Translations under genes and position numbers: made by a program
NCBI RefSeq assembly: GCF_020745735.1
Contig: NC_083405.1
Location: 60,974,345-61,038,344 of the forward strand
Direction: 5' to 3'
Length of the DNA: 64,000 bases
Origin: Hemiscyllium ocellatum
Lineage: Eukaryota
The notes under the pieces: model-generated
Databases searched by the model: none
What the model was told of the DNA's origin: nothing
Seen by the model: the letters and a program-made list of their open reading frames with translations, nothing else
Shown: one piece after another, positions 24,101 through 39,100 of the stretch
Layout of the letters: each line of letters opens with the position of its first letter
How positions within the stretch are numbered: the stretch's first letter is position 1

Positions 24101-27100
24101 CTATAGAGGAAATCATGCTGAAAAGGTTCTCAAATCATAATGTGTGCAGAAGCCTATGAAACATCTTTGCATCTATCATTGAAATGGAATTCACGTGCAA
24201 GTCCTTCATTCCTGATTACAAAATTCAAACAAATATATTAGGGAATTTACAGGTTCACTATTAGAATCAAAATGAAGATAAAGGCCATGTTAGAGTTGTT
24301 GACCATACATCAGAGTGGGAAGTATTGAGACAGTACAGAAGAGCAATGACTCTTTCCATGCTTTGTTGTAATGCAAGCAAGGGACCCTGTAGAAACAGAA
24401 TAGTGGATGCAGTCTTTCAGCAGTGTTACTACTGTTGATCTAGATTTTAACTGAGATCTATCTGCACATTGAAGACATGATTTCTTCTCCATTTGAAGAG
24501 AATTATGTAAAAGTTATTTGTTACAAACAACAGCCGATTTTTGATTCATTTACTTGTCTATTTTGCATATCTGCTTATCAGTGTAATGTAGTTGTGCTTT
24601 GATAGTCAGTTTATATTAAAGCATAAATCAAGGACAATTATTTTCAAATTTTTAGTTTTTTTTATTTTCAAAGCCAAATGCAGAATTTAGATGCTTATTA
24701 GTAGGTTACAGAACATGATATCTGGGATGGACTTGAATTACATGGATTTAATTGAACACTTTCTTTACCAGATGCGGAGTAATATTCCTTGTCATCTGAC
24801 TGGCATTTCCTGTGGGCTTGCATGTAACAAGCTCTTACCTTGCGGAATGCACAAATGTAAGAAGATTTGTCACAAAGGTGACTGTGTCACTGAAGAACCA
24901 TGTAAACAGCTGTGTATCATTCCACGACCTGACTGTAATCATCCTTGTTCGTCTCCATGCCACCCAAATTCACCTTGTCCAAAGACCCCCTGCTCTGCAG
25001 AGGTAAGTTTTTATTATGTGGGGTTTCTGCTCAGAAAATAAAGTTAGCCTTGTGGAAATAAAAAGTTTGGATTTGCATGACCTGTTACATGATTGAAAAC
25101 ACCTTGAGGCCTGAATGTTACTTTTGAAATGCAATCATACAATATGTAAACAAACATAGCAGCCGATATATGCACAAAATTGTCCCTAAAACTGCAAGTT
25201 AATGAGCAAATTAAAATTGAAATGTTATTTTTATTTCACACTTCACTATTTTGAATTTATTTGTGAATGAGTGACCTGTTTTTTGTGCAGGTACTTCTTC
25301 TATAATGCGATGGTTTTGTTCTTGTGCAACTCTACATTATAGAAGAATTACACTTCAGAAACAATGCTTAAAGTGTTGGTGGTGTAATCATGTTACAGCC
25401 AGCACACGTTTTAAAAGTCCGCACTTTAGAAACAGTGTCCCCAGTTCGGTAATCATGTCACAGCGAATGTGGTGTAATGAAACGCACGTTAGTGTTTCAT
25501 TATAACCTAAGGGAAGAATATTGGCCTGGACCGGTACATTGGAACAACTTAAGTTCTTTGCTGTAGTGGGGCATGGAATTCTTGTGCACCTTCTTGACCA
25601 ATTAGATGTCCTGTTGTTTCAACATTTGTATCCTAACAATGATGCAATACATAATTCTATCAGTGTGTCCCAGAAATGTGTGTCACTGTGTTCAATTCTG
25701 ATGAAACGTAATTGAACTGAAAATAACTGTTTCTCCCCACAGATGCTACCTGACCTGTTGAATCTTTCCAAATAGAAATATTTCAGATTTCTAGCATCAC
25801 GTTTTGTATTATTCTTAGCCTGTCAGCTTGTAAATATTTGAAAGAAGAATATGAATATGTATGAGTGCTGTGGAAAAGAACATCGAAAATAATCGTTTGA
25901 CTCCAACTGTAAACTTGGTTGCGTTTTGAGCACAAGAAAACTTGTTAAAGATATTAAAGTGTTATATTTTAAAAATGCAAAGTACCAGGACCAACTCAAG
26001 TAATTTCATTATTTTTAATCAGTGCAGTCAGAATTTCATACTCTGGCTTTTGATAAAGATGTAAATGTACAAAGTAGCTACATTAGGCTAATATTCATGA
26101 TTACATCTATTGCATTGCAGGTAATATTATATTGTAGCTGTCAGCGGAAAAAAGAGATCATGATCTGCAGTGAGGCTTCAAGTAATTACCAGAGGTTTGT
26201 ACTGCTTTCATTTGCAACTGATGCTGAAGCGTGATTTTTTAAAAATATGCACAGTTGGGCAGACAATTTGCCATTATTCATTATTCGTGGATGAGTAAAT
26301 TTTTTTTCCTGTGTTTGAGGATGGAGGTAACCTTTTCAAAACAAAGTTCCTTTCTTCAACATCAACCATAAACTATACCCTGAGGTAGAAATAATACAAA
26401 AATATTGCATACTCCTCGATTCTAATTATACAGCTATATTTTTCTAAACGTGTACTAATTCACGTTTTTTCCTGTTAGTCCATATGACTGTCAGACACTC
26501 CTAATAGCTTTGGACTAAATTGACCCATTAAAGCCTGTACTTACAGCATTGCTTGTGAACAAGAGATGCACGAGATCAATTAAACCTTTCACATTTGGTT
26601 GATTGTAACCTTGCCCCCAACTAGCTCACAATGCCAATCCTTACTCCCCACCATTTTTCCGGATTACAAGGCCACCAGCTCCTGTTCCTCCTCCCAACTT
26701 AAAATCTTACCAAAATACATGGGGTTAGTGGGTTACAGTCCCTGCCTGTCATCTCTCATCACAAGCATTCATGCCTGGCAAGTTGCCAACCTGGCCAGCT
26801 GTTGGGCTAAGAGCAGAATAAAGTAAAATTACATTGGTTTTGCTGTAATTAAAAAGCAATCACTTTGCTGAGTTTTGAATTTCCATTGCAAATACACTCC
26901 CCAGTTTTTTAAAACATGTTGCGAAACCTATATCTGCAGCTGATGTGTTAATGGAATACTCATGAGTCGTATATGATAGCGGATGGCCTCAAATCTGTGA
27001 TTATAGCTTTCTGTGGTATGTAATATTGAAAGTTAGTGATCTGGAAAATTCAAAGGACTATTCCAGTCGTTGACTGAAGTAAATAAGCTGGGAGTCCTAG

Positions 27101-30100
27101 TGAATGTCTTTAGAACTGTTAAGGCACAACATGCAATATCTTGTACAGCTCTCTGTGATTTTCTTTTATAAATGACTTGGATGAGGAAGTGGAAGGGTGG
27201 GTTCATAAGTTTGCTGATGACACACAAGTTGTTGGAGTAGTGGATAGTGTGGAGGGCTGTTGTAGTTTGTAATGGGATATTGACAAGATGCAGAACTGGC
27301 AGATGGCGTTCAACCTGCAAATGTGTGCAGTGATTCATTTTGGAAGGTCGAAATTGAATAAGGATTGTTTGCAGTGTGGAGGAACAGAGGGATCTTGGGG
27401 TCCATGTCCATAGATCCCTCAAAGTTGCCTCCTAAGTTGATAGAATTGCTCAGAATGCGTATGGTGCGTTGACTTTCATTAGCAGGGGGATTGAGTTTAA
27501 GAGCAGTGAGGTTATGGTGCAGCTGTACAGATCCCTGGTTAGACCACATGTGGGATATTGTTCATTTCTGGTCGCCTCATGATAGGAAGGATGTGGAAGC
27601 TGAGAAGGTGCAGAGGAGATTTACCAGAATGCTGCCTGGACTGGAGGACATGTCTTATGAAGAAAGGTTGAGGGAACTAAGATTTTACTCATTGGAGCAA
27701 AGAAGGGTGAGAGGTGACTTGACAGAGGTTTACAAGATGATGAGAGGCATAGATAGTGGATAGCCAGAAACTTTTTACCAGGGTGGGAATGGCTATCTCA
27801 AGGGTGTATAATTTTAAGGTGATTGGAGGAAGGTTTTGGGGAGACGTCAAAGATAGGTTCTTTACTCAGAGTAGTGAGTGTGTGGAATGCACTGCCAGCA
27901 GCAGTAATAGTCCAACACATCAGGGACATTTAAGCGACTCTTGGATTGGCACATGGATGATAGTAAAATGAAGGATATGTAGGTTAGTTTGTTCTTAGAG
28001 TAGGATAAAACGTCGGCACAATATCAAGGACAGAAGGGTCTATGTTTTAAATGCAGATTCGCATTGTAAGACAAGCAGATCCAAACTGTACTCCTTCCGT
28101 GATTCATAACTCCGTTGAGAGGGAGTATTTTCTTCCGTTCATGTGAAATTCAGGACTCGACCATGTTTTGAAATTGTAATTGAGTATCTTTGATTGTTTG
28201 GCTCCGTATGGTGGCTCCTTTGCCAAGGTCACTGTGAACGAAGCTAGATAAAAGCATTGCGAATGAATAAGTGTAGTGAGAATGGGTGTTCAGGGTATAA
28301 TTATGGTTGATATGTTGAAAGCTGGTGTATATATGTTCTCCTATCATTTTGAAGCCAAGTGTCGATCACGTGTAGCTAATAAGCAAATCCTAAGACTTGA
28401 AATGACAGCTGCTGAAAGGCAATACTTAATGGTGGGTGTGAAATTTTCTATGCCTGTCATCACTTTACATGAAGAAACAGCAAATGCCAAAACTCTTAGC
28501 TAGTTGAGAATGTAGAAGATGCTGGAAATGCATTCATGTTTTGTGTTGAGTTGTGCTAACCCTGCCTGTTATGAGGAGCTAATTCTGCTGTCCAGTTTGA
28601 AGCGTTTAAAAGTGCTGTTAGTTGTCTCCTGAGAGGAGATTTTGGTGGGATGAAGCTGGTTTTCAGCAACAGCCTGTGGTAAAAGTTCAGAATGGAAGTG
28701 ACTCCTTGCTATGACGTTGACACTATAAGTCAGACATGTTGACAGTCCCTCAGTACAGCAGATGTGAAGTTGATTAAATATCCAGTCTGGCTCACTCGTG
28801 GAAGCAAGGGTGGGGATGCTCACTGCCTAGCTCAATATCACGTGCAAGCTGTGTCCCTAATCTGACTGGTAGCCCAAAGTGGAGAAGCAGCAAAAAAAAC
28901 TTCCTAATAACTTGCTCTCGTAATACTTGAATTATAATGCTGTTTCACCAGAGCAAAGTTGAACACGTTCCCTCTTGTTTATTGTTTCTTTTCATTTATG
29001 ATTATAACTTGAAAATGAGACCTCTTGATTTATCTTCATGTTCTTTTGCTTACACTCTGTGTAGGATAACTGCTATTTCCATGGCCAGCAAACTTTCTGA
29101 TGTGCATCTTGGGGACTCAGTGGAAATCAGTAAACTCATTTCTAAGAAAGAAATGAAACAGAGCAGGTAAATCATTCTTTTATGCATTGGGAGGTGGAGT
29201 TGGCATTTTCCAAACAAAAATGTAAATTAAGTTGCAAAAGCACCAAGGGCTACTAAGTTGAACAATAACTGACCTATTTCATCCAGGTGAGCATTGTATA
29301 GTTTTATTTTCAACTGCGTGAATTTTGGATGGTGTTTATTATTGATTATAAGGAATCCTATTTCTCAAAAATAAATTGTGGAAAGTTGTACAGAATACTT
29401 AGAGACTTGGATTGAGTGGACGTGGGAAAGATATTTCCACTTTGAGATGAGGACCCAAGGACACAGTATCAAATAAAGAATTGATCTTATAGAACAGATG
29501 AGGGATTTCTGCACCTGGGGCCAGGGTTGGGGAATCTGGAATTCTCGCTACAGAAGGCTGTGGAGCTCAAGCCATTGAGTGTATTTAAGACAGAGGTAGG
29601 TTCTTAATTCGTAAGGGTATCAAAGGTTATTGGGAGAAGGCAAGAAAATTGGGTTGAGAAACACATCAGCTGGTGATTGAATGGCTGAGCAAAATGATGG
29701 GCAGAATAGCCTAATCCAGTGACTTTATCTTGTGGCTAAGCAATGTTTGAAGTGTTAATGTCAGGATGGTTGTGATGCTATAAAATTGCTTCTTTTCCAT
29801 GCAGATTGGAGTGTGATCAAGAATGTGCGGCAGTAGAAAGAAATAGGTGAGTTATTCCATGACATGCATTTTCTAAAATTAAATGTGTTCTCATATTGCT
29901 ATAAACCAAATGTATGTTGCCTTTTCACTTAAGGCTGCCCAAGCCTGATTTAGTTTACAGATTTTCAGTCTGTGATCGATTTTAATGCGTAGAAACAACA
30001 TCCACTAAAGTATTTGATTTGCTTTAACTCTGGAATAGTCTTATTAGTTTACAGTAAAATATTGTGTGCAACTATTGATGCCAAAGATCAAAATGATGCG

Positions 30101-33100
30101 CGTTCATTGTTGAAGATGTGCTCAAGTGTATTGAGGAAATATTGGAGAAGCTTATGTTCCAATACCTAACAATAAGAAACTCCACGGTTTGGGAGGGGAG
30201 GAGGAAGAAAAAGAAAATTCATTACTTTGCATAAATCACTAATTTAGATAACATGAAACCAACATAATCACCATCTTCAAGGTATGTTAGGCTTGTGGGA
30301 ACACAGAGTTAGGAGCTTGAGTGAATAGTAAATTAAACTATTGTCCAAAACATGATGAATATTTGAAAAGTAACAACTATCTTTGAGGTAATTGAATCGA
30401 AGATGTTGGGGACATTTTAGGTGCTGCTAGATATCAAGCAAGGTGAATGGATGTGTTCAAGTTTTTCCTTCCTCTGAAATTCTTAAACATAGCATATAGT
30501 TTGCTTGTGTTCTCCAAATACCTTTTGTCCCTTTATTTTCTTTTTTGCTAAGTTCTACATTTTTGTAGTTGATTCAGTCCAATCACAATTTAGCTTTAAT
30601 GAACAGATACATGTATTAATGTTCATTCTGTTTAATTCTATTGTTGTGAATTGATGCAAAGATTAGTTCCTGTGATCTGTGAACGTTTTAAGCTGTTGAA
30701 TATGTGACTTGATTCATATGATCAAAACACTTCAGCAAAAAGCTGCCTTTTAATTTGTAAGTAATTTTAATTTATGGACATTGCCATAAAGCACAGATAA
30801 CAAATTATTTTCTATTTTGGATGTGTGCATTCCAGTGCTGGGCAATGTTAACATGTAGAGTTAACAAATAGTCAATAAAAATGTTTAAAGCTTTTAGGAA
30901 TATTCCTGTAGACAACTGATACTTGCCCTTTATTATACATAAATTAGATAGACTTGCACAGTCAAATGCAGAAGGTGCTATGCACTGCTTTGTCCTTGCA
31001 TAAGCTACACACATCACTGTCTAGCTGTTCAGTTAACTGTGTTGAATGGTGTGGCATTGTGCACAATCATCATGACTGTGTTTTTAACTGCCAGTAAGGA
31101 CTGGCAGTTCCATTCTAAACACCCTTTTAGTGGTGGAATAAGCCTTAATTACTGTCAAACAACCTTTTATAATCTTGAGAATTAATTTTCACAGGCTTTG
31201 AGCTTTTACTTATTGGAGACTTTTCCCAATTTTTTGTTTTCAATCTTCCTGTTCCCTATTTCCTAACTCCCTGTCTATTTCTGTTTTAATATAGACTTCT
31301 TTATTTTAACTTCGCTATCTTCGCCATAACTCCAGACAAAATCTGTGACTGATGAGCTGAGCCCTTCAATTTGTGACTAGTAACAGTCTGGCCAACACCA
31401 GATTCCAAAAGACTGGTGACAATGGATTTGTAAGAGAAAGTAATTTTGGTAGTGAGGCAGGGTTTTTAGGACAATGATGAATGATTTGATAGCAGCAGGC
31501 ATACCTAAGTCTATATTTATCCATTTCAAATAGTGGTCACTGAATAGTGGTCAGGATTGAGTATTCAAGCCAATAGTGTTTCCTCATTCCTAGTCCAGGG
31601 ATATTGAGGACAGTTTTATAGGGAGTTTCCTGTTGTCCTGACTGAGAATCGATTCAGCATAATTTGAGGATCAAACCTCAACTATACTTTCAGGGTAAAC
31701 TGAATTGAGTCATCAGGTAACCTGGAAATCGGGCTTTCAGAACCATCTTTTCTGCTTTTCGCAAAACCTGTATTGGTGGATTTATTCCCAATTACATCCA
31801 ACTTTTATTCCTGACACTTTATAGCGTCTGACATTGTAAAGGGTTTCCAGATTTTGAGTGCTGAGTTTGTTCTTTTCAAGGCTGCCATCACCTCTGCTCA
31901 AAAAACAGTTCTTTGCTTTTGTCTTTTCTTGTTTCCTGTTTTCCATTGCCCAGCTCTCACTAACTAATATAGTCTCTGATTTCCTTTCCTCTTAAGTCCT
32001 TGAACATGTGGCCTCCCAGCTCCATAGTTTAAATCTTTTTCAGTGATGTTTCTACTCTGCCATAGAACTGAAATTACCTCTGTCAAGATGCAAATAATAT
32101 CTTACATGACTGTTTCTCTAAATTCTCCCTCTTTTTCACTTTCTCTGCAACCTTTCAGATCAATTGAAGATCAGTTGTCTTTCTTTGGTCCCATTCCTGC
32201 CTAACAAATCATAGCCAGCACATCTCCAGCAATGGATTGTCTTACCATCCCCACAATGTTATCTCTAGATTCTGTCCTGGATTTATTTTTAACATTCCTT
32301 AGTCTCTGAAGGGCAATATTTTTAACATTAAAGACATTGCTTCACGTTTTGCATGTATGCTGATAATCCTCCAGGTCTATCTTTCCACTGCCCCTCAAAC
32401 ACTCGCTACTGGCTTCCATCTTCATTTCATTGTCTTCACTACTTCTGTCTCACTTCATCTGTCAATGGAACTGTAATCTATAGATTTATTATCAAGTCTC
32501 CATTTTTCCTAGGGCTGTCCTAGCCCTCTTCCAAAAACATCAACTCATTAAAACTCTATAACCCCTAGCCATCAGCCTTATCCTACGTCAAGTGTTAACC
32601 TTTGTTTAGTGGTAGTATGCTCACCTCAAGGCCAAGAGTGTAAGTTCGCCTAATTGAAGGACTTTGCAAGTATAGGATAATTTCCAGAAGCTTCCACAAA
32701 AGATCATGTCACAAGTTGCAGTTGTTAGATGAAGGCTAAGTACTGGCCTGGGCATCAGGAGATCTCCTCTGTTACTTTAAGGAAAATGTAATAGGATCTT
32801 TGAGTTCATGTGAGAGGCAGATGGGGGAACTTGGCTTAAAACTGCATCCAGAAGTTAGAATGTTTGACTGTGCAGCATTCCTTTAATAAAACAGTGTCAG
32901 CCTGCATAGTGTGCTGAAGTGATATTTATCTTGAGCCAGCAGGCTTTGTTCACATATGCTGCCATTGAGCTATAGTTCACCCCTAAAAATTGGCCTGGAT
33001 GCTAACCGAACAGTATTGATCCATTAACTTTTGGTTTATATGCATAGCAATGTTGGCTGTTTGCTAACCTGTCTGTCAGAAGTGTTTGAGTTCCTCTTTG

Positions 33101-36100
33101 CTGTTCATAATGTTTCTTATATTTTTGTGTATATTTTTCACAGGAGAATAGCAGATGCTTTAAACATTAACCCTGCCTCAGATCCATTTCATATTCGCAG
33201 TTTAGGATCCAAATACAGTGAGAGTCTAAAAGAGGATGCAAGGTAGGCGATGATTAGTATTGGGCACATGTAAAATGGAGTGCGGATAAGTGATGACCAG
33301 TTTTAAAATCGCACTTGTGTTTGACATCTTGGCTACAAAGCAAATGGATTAATAATTGTATTTACTAATTTGTCCAAGCTGGATAGGCACAGAATTTTCA
33401 CCAGAGCTTGAAATTCTGGAGTTACACATGATCAAAAAGCAGCTGAGCAAGAAACAAGTTTAATGTCCCACCAGATGTAAAAAATCTTTTTTTTTGGTTT
33501 AGATTACAAGTTATAATGATCATTTCTGTTTCTAAAGGTAGTACTGATTTTTTTTTCATTTTTCTCTGGGTCTCGGATGGTTTTTGCCAGAGAAAACATC
33601 TGTGCTATTTTGTCACAAATAAGGTTTATATAAGTAAACATGTTGATGTTGAGTTGGATGGATTAGTGCCATTTATCAAAAAGCAATCCCTCTGCCTGGA
33701 TAAAATTAAATTGTGGTCTGCAAACATAAATTTTCATTTTATAAAATAGTAAAATCTAAGGCATTTCATTCAATTAGAATGGGTGAAATGGTGATTTTTT
33801 AAATTTCCTTCACTGGAAGATTTAAGAAAATGTACCAATGTCACATTAAATAAATGTGGTCGTAATAAAATTGCAATGGTGGCCCTATCCACATAGTGAA
33901 GGATTAATATGAAGTGATGAGAAATGAATCCATTTGAAGTGGTCAAAAATAAAGATCAACCGTGATCTTAATGGCAAAATAGATTTGGCCGACTCCTGTT
34001 GTTCTTTCAGTTGTTTGTGGAAGTAAACAAATGATGCAATCCATTGCAAATAATGTATGATGTTCACAAGTATCAAATCCATCAGGTGGTTACATGTCCT
34101 GGAAATTTACCTTGATTAAAAGTAAGTTTTCAAATAAGCACATGCTAATTCGCAGTTGGTTAGTTTTCTGAGATGTATTGATGCAATAAGTCATAGGTCT
34201 GTTTTCTTTTTAATCTCAACTAAAGGAAAGATCTGAAGTTTGTAACTGAAGTGGAAGAAGAAATTAAAGCTCTTGTGGAAGCTGTTAGTAAGGTTGGTGC
34301 TGCAACTAACAAAGTGCCTTTATTATTACTCTCCAACACAATGTCCTGTTTGAAAGATCTAACTGTAAAAGAGCTAATGGAACACACAAGTTGAAGTTTG
34401 TCTGACAGTAAAATGCAAAGAAATATTATCTCTGGTGGTCAACATTAAGCCACATGCTGTTTTGGAAACGTTTACCAAGTAAGTTGAGATATGTCATCCA
34501 ATGTAGTAAAGCATGTGGCATCCTCTTCCACATTTTAGCTCGGAATCAAATTGGCAGATGACATTAAACTTTTGAGGATAAATGACGGAGGGTTCACCAG
34601 GGTAAACTCTCTCCACTGCAAATTTCTTCTGCTCATCAAGGAGCAGAGTTTGAGGGGTGTGAGGGAAAAGAACCACCCTCCCTTTGGTGGCCAGGCACAG
34701 CACTTGGTGGCATTTGAATTCACTTAACAGCTGGAATTAAGGGTCTATAGATGACCATGAAACCCTGGTTGACTGTCAAAAAAGCTGATCTAGTTCATTA
34801 ATGTTCTTCAGGGAAGGAAATCTGCCATGCTCATGTCGTCTGGCCTACATGGAGTTGGAATGTCATGTAGTTGTACAGGACTTGGTTAGGCCACTTTTCA
34901 AATTCCTAGTACAATTCTAGTCAACTTCCTATTGGAAGGATGTTGTTAAACTTGAGAGGGTTCAGAAAAGATTTAGAAGGATGTTGCATAGATTGGAGGG
35001 TTTGAGTTATAGGGAGTGGTTGAATAAGCTGGGTTTATTTTCCTTGGAACATTAGTGGCTGAGGGGTCTCCTTATGGAGGTGTATAAAATCATGAGGAAT
35101 GTGGATAGGGTAAATAGACATGGTCTTTTTCCTAGAGTGGGGCAGTCTAAAACTAGAGGGCATAGGATTAAGGTGAGAAGGGAAAGATTTAAAAGGGCCC
35201 TGAGGGGCAACTTTTTCATGCAGAAAAAGTGGTGTGAATGTGGAATGAGAGCCATTTTATTTGGCATCAGGATGGTTACATGAATAGGAAGGATTTCGAG
35301 GGATGTGGGCCAAATGTTGGCAAATGGGACGAGGTCAGATTGGGATGCCTGATTAGTGCAGACAAGTTGAAATGTAGGGTCTCTTTCTGTGCTATGTGAC
35401 TCATGGATATTGGGGTTGACTCTCAACTGCCTTCTGAAATAGGCAAAAGTGAGGACTGCAGATGCTGGAAACTTGAGTTTAGATCAGTGGTGCTGGAAAA
35501 GCGCAACAGGTCAGGCAGCATCGGAGGAGCAGGGAAATCGACGTTTTGGGCAAGAGCCCTCTATTCCTGATGAAAGGCTTTTGCCTGAAACATCAATTTC
35601 CCTGCTCCAATGCTGCCTCACCTGTGCTTTTCCAGCACCACTGATTTAAACTCTGCCTTCTGAAATGGCCCACTAAGTCACTCTGGGGCATCATTCTCTC
35701 AAGTCTCAAAAAAAAACAAAAGCAGACTAACCATCTAATATTGATCTCAGCACCAGAAATTAAAATTGGTAAAAAAACAGCTTTGTTGACCCTGCAAAGA
35801 CATCTGGGGCTAGTGCCAAAATTGGGAGAGCTGTCTCACAGACAAGTCAAGCAACAGTGTCACAATGTCACTGACACCACCCATCACCATCCTGGATAGG
35901 TCCTGTCCCACCAACAGGACAGGCCCAGCAGAGTAGTAGACAGTCAGGAGAAATTGCTCTGGGAGTCCTCAATATTGACTTCAGACCCCATAAAGTCTTA
36001 CAGAATCAGATCAAACATGTGAAAGGAAATAAATCGTCCACCTTCAGCAATTGACTCTGCTTCTCATGTTGCACACCACTTGGAGGAAACAGAAAGTGCT

Positions 36101-39100
36101 GTGGGTGGGGCGTTTTCATTGCCCACCACCAGAAGTGGCTCAGCAGTGGCATTACTGAGTCAGGCCCTGAAGGGCATAGTTACAAGATTGGGTTGACAAT
36201 AAGTGGTGAGAGAAAACTTACTTGACCAAAACTTACTTTCCAAAACTTCACCAGTCCTTCTGAGTTTTTCTAGCATTTTATTTCAAATATGAAGTGTTTG
36301 GCTTTCATGCAACAATTAAAGCAGTGTTTTTGTAAAGCTTTGACAGATTTGAGTAACTTTTTAAGGTCACATTTTGTTGTTATTACTGACTTTATTCTGT
36401 ATGACCTCACTAAGTGCTTTAAATGCTGAGGTCACTTTCTTGTGAAGTAATGCAAAAGCATTGGTTTACACACTTGATGGAAAGTAGATGAGGGGACCTG
36501 ATGGTTCTACACACTTGAAATTTAATAATTGCATCTAATTCAAGTAGGCTAGAAGCTTTTGCATTTCATGTATCATTAAAAACTGCTATAATTTCCAGCA
36601 CTACACTCCAGCACTTGACTTTTCTGCATTATATTGTGATGTGTTCCTGATTCCCTATTCCAAAAAATGTTTTTTCAGGTTCTGTAGTTCTCATCCACTC
36701 TCTCATTCCTGAAATATTAAGTGATTTTCTTTAATTTAATCCAGGGCAAGCAGCAGAAGAAAAGCCGTTGCTATCCCCCGATGAACCGGGAGCATCGCAG
36801 AATCATTCATGAGCTGGCTGAAGTCTATGGTGTTGAAAGTGTCAGTTATGACAGTGAGCCCAAGCGCAACGTTGTTATCACTGCTGTGAAGTGAGTATTG
36901 ACAACACTAAAAGCCTCAACTTGTTTCCTTTCCCACCAACCTGACACGGGAAAAAAAGGTATTTACTCTTTTCATATTTGCGTGTCGCACAGGAACCTTT
37001 GGGCACAGTGGAAAAGTTATCCATCTTCCCTTTGGATGGCAAATAAATTCTATGTGAAATTAATTTTGATAATTACATAGATACCTCAAAGTTGCCATCC
37101 AGATTGGTAGGGCTGTTAAGAAGGCATATGGGTGTGTTAGCTTTTATTGGAAGAGGGATTGAGTTTTTGAGCCATGATGTCATGCTGCAACTGTACAAAA
37201 CTCTGTTGCAACCGCACTTGGAGTATTGCGTGCAGTTCAGGTCACCACTTTATAGGAAGGATGTGGAAGCTTTAGAATGGGATTAGAGGAGATTTACTAG
37301 GATGTTGCCTAGTATGGAGGGAAAGCCTTACAAGAAAAGGTTGAGGGACTTGAGGCTGTTTCATTAGAGTGTAGAAGATTGAGAGGTGACTTAACGAGAT
37401 ATAAAAGATAATCAAAGGGTTAGATCAGGTGGACAAGGAGAGCCTTTTTCCTTGGATGGTAATGGCTAACATGAAGGGGCATAGCTTCAAATTGAGGGGT
37501 GGTGGATATTGGACAGATGTCAGAGATAGTTTCATTACTCAGAAAGTAGTAGGGGCGTGGAATGTTGCAGACTCTCCAACTTTACGGACATTTAAGTGGT
37601 CACTGGATAGGCATATGGATGAGGTTGGAATAATGTAAGATAGATACATTGGTTTGGTTTCACAAGACGGCGCTACACTGCGGGTCAAAGGGGCTGTACT
37701 GTGCTGTAATGTTTTATGTTCCTCCAATTTTTGGTGTCTTCTGCAAACTTACTAAATTACTAAGTATGTTCACATCCAAATCATTTATATAGTTTTCTGC
37801 TGCTAATCTGACTATCCCAACCTATGTGAAAGTTAAGTTCACTCATAATTATTGTCCTCATCTCCTGACCTATTATCTGTCACACCATGTCATTATGCTA
37901 AAGACTCCTGACACCAGTCCACTTCTTCCATTTTTTTTAATTTCTTTCTTCCCATATGGATTTTGGATCTTTGATTCAAGATCACTTCTTGCTACCATAC
38001 TTATTTCATGCCATACCAACAATGCTACCGTTTCTTCCTGCTTGTTCCTTTGAAAAGTCAAAAACCACTGAATACTTACTTCTCAGCTTTGATTATGACT
38101 CTGACTTCAGAGGCATGGTTATGATATAGAGATGTACAGCATGGAAACAGACCCTTCAGTCCAACCCGTCCATGCCAACCAGATATCCCAACCCAATCTA
38201 GTCCGACCTGCCAGCACCTGATCCAATATCCCTCCAAACCCTTCCCATGCCTCTTAAATGTTGCAATTGTACCAGCCTCCACCACTTCCTCTGGCAGCTC
38301 ATTCCATACACACACCACCCTCTGTGTGAAAACGTTGCCCCGGAGGTCTCTTTTATATCTTTCTGCTCTCACCCTAAACCCAAGTCTGGACTCTCTGACC
38401 CCCAAGGAAAAGACTTTGCCTATTTATCCTATCCTTGCCCCTCATAATTTTGTAAACCTCTATAAGGTCACCCCTCAGCCTTCGCTCCAAGGAAAACAGC
38501 CCCAGCCTGTTCAGTCTCTCCCTATAGCTCAGATCCTCCAACCCTGGCAACATTCTTGGAAATCTCTTCTGAACCCTTTCAAGTTTCACAACATCTTTCC
38601 AATAGGAAGGAGACCAGAATTGCATGCAATATTCCAACAGTGGCCTAATCAATGTCTTGTACAGCCCCAACATGACCTCCCAACTCCTGTACTTAATACT
38701 CTGAATAAAGGAAAGCATATCAAACACCGCCTTCACTATCCTATCTACCTGCAAGGAGGAGCTATGAACCTGCACTTCAAGGTCTCTTTGTTCAGCTACA
38801 CTCCCCAGGACCTTACCATTAAGTGTATAAGTCCTGCTAAGATTTGCTTTCTTAAAATGCAGCACCTTGCATTTCTCTTAATTAAACTCCATCTGCCACT
38901 TCTCAGCCCATTGGCCCATCTGGCCAAGATCCTGTTGTAATCTGAGGTAACCCACTTCGCTGTCCACTACACCTCCAATTTTGGTGTCATCTGCAAACTT
39001 ACTAACTGTACCTCTTATGCTCACATCCAAATCATTTATATAAATGACAAAAAGTAGAGGGCCCAGCACCGATCCTTGTGGCACTCCACTGGTCACAGGC

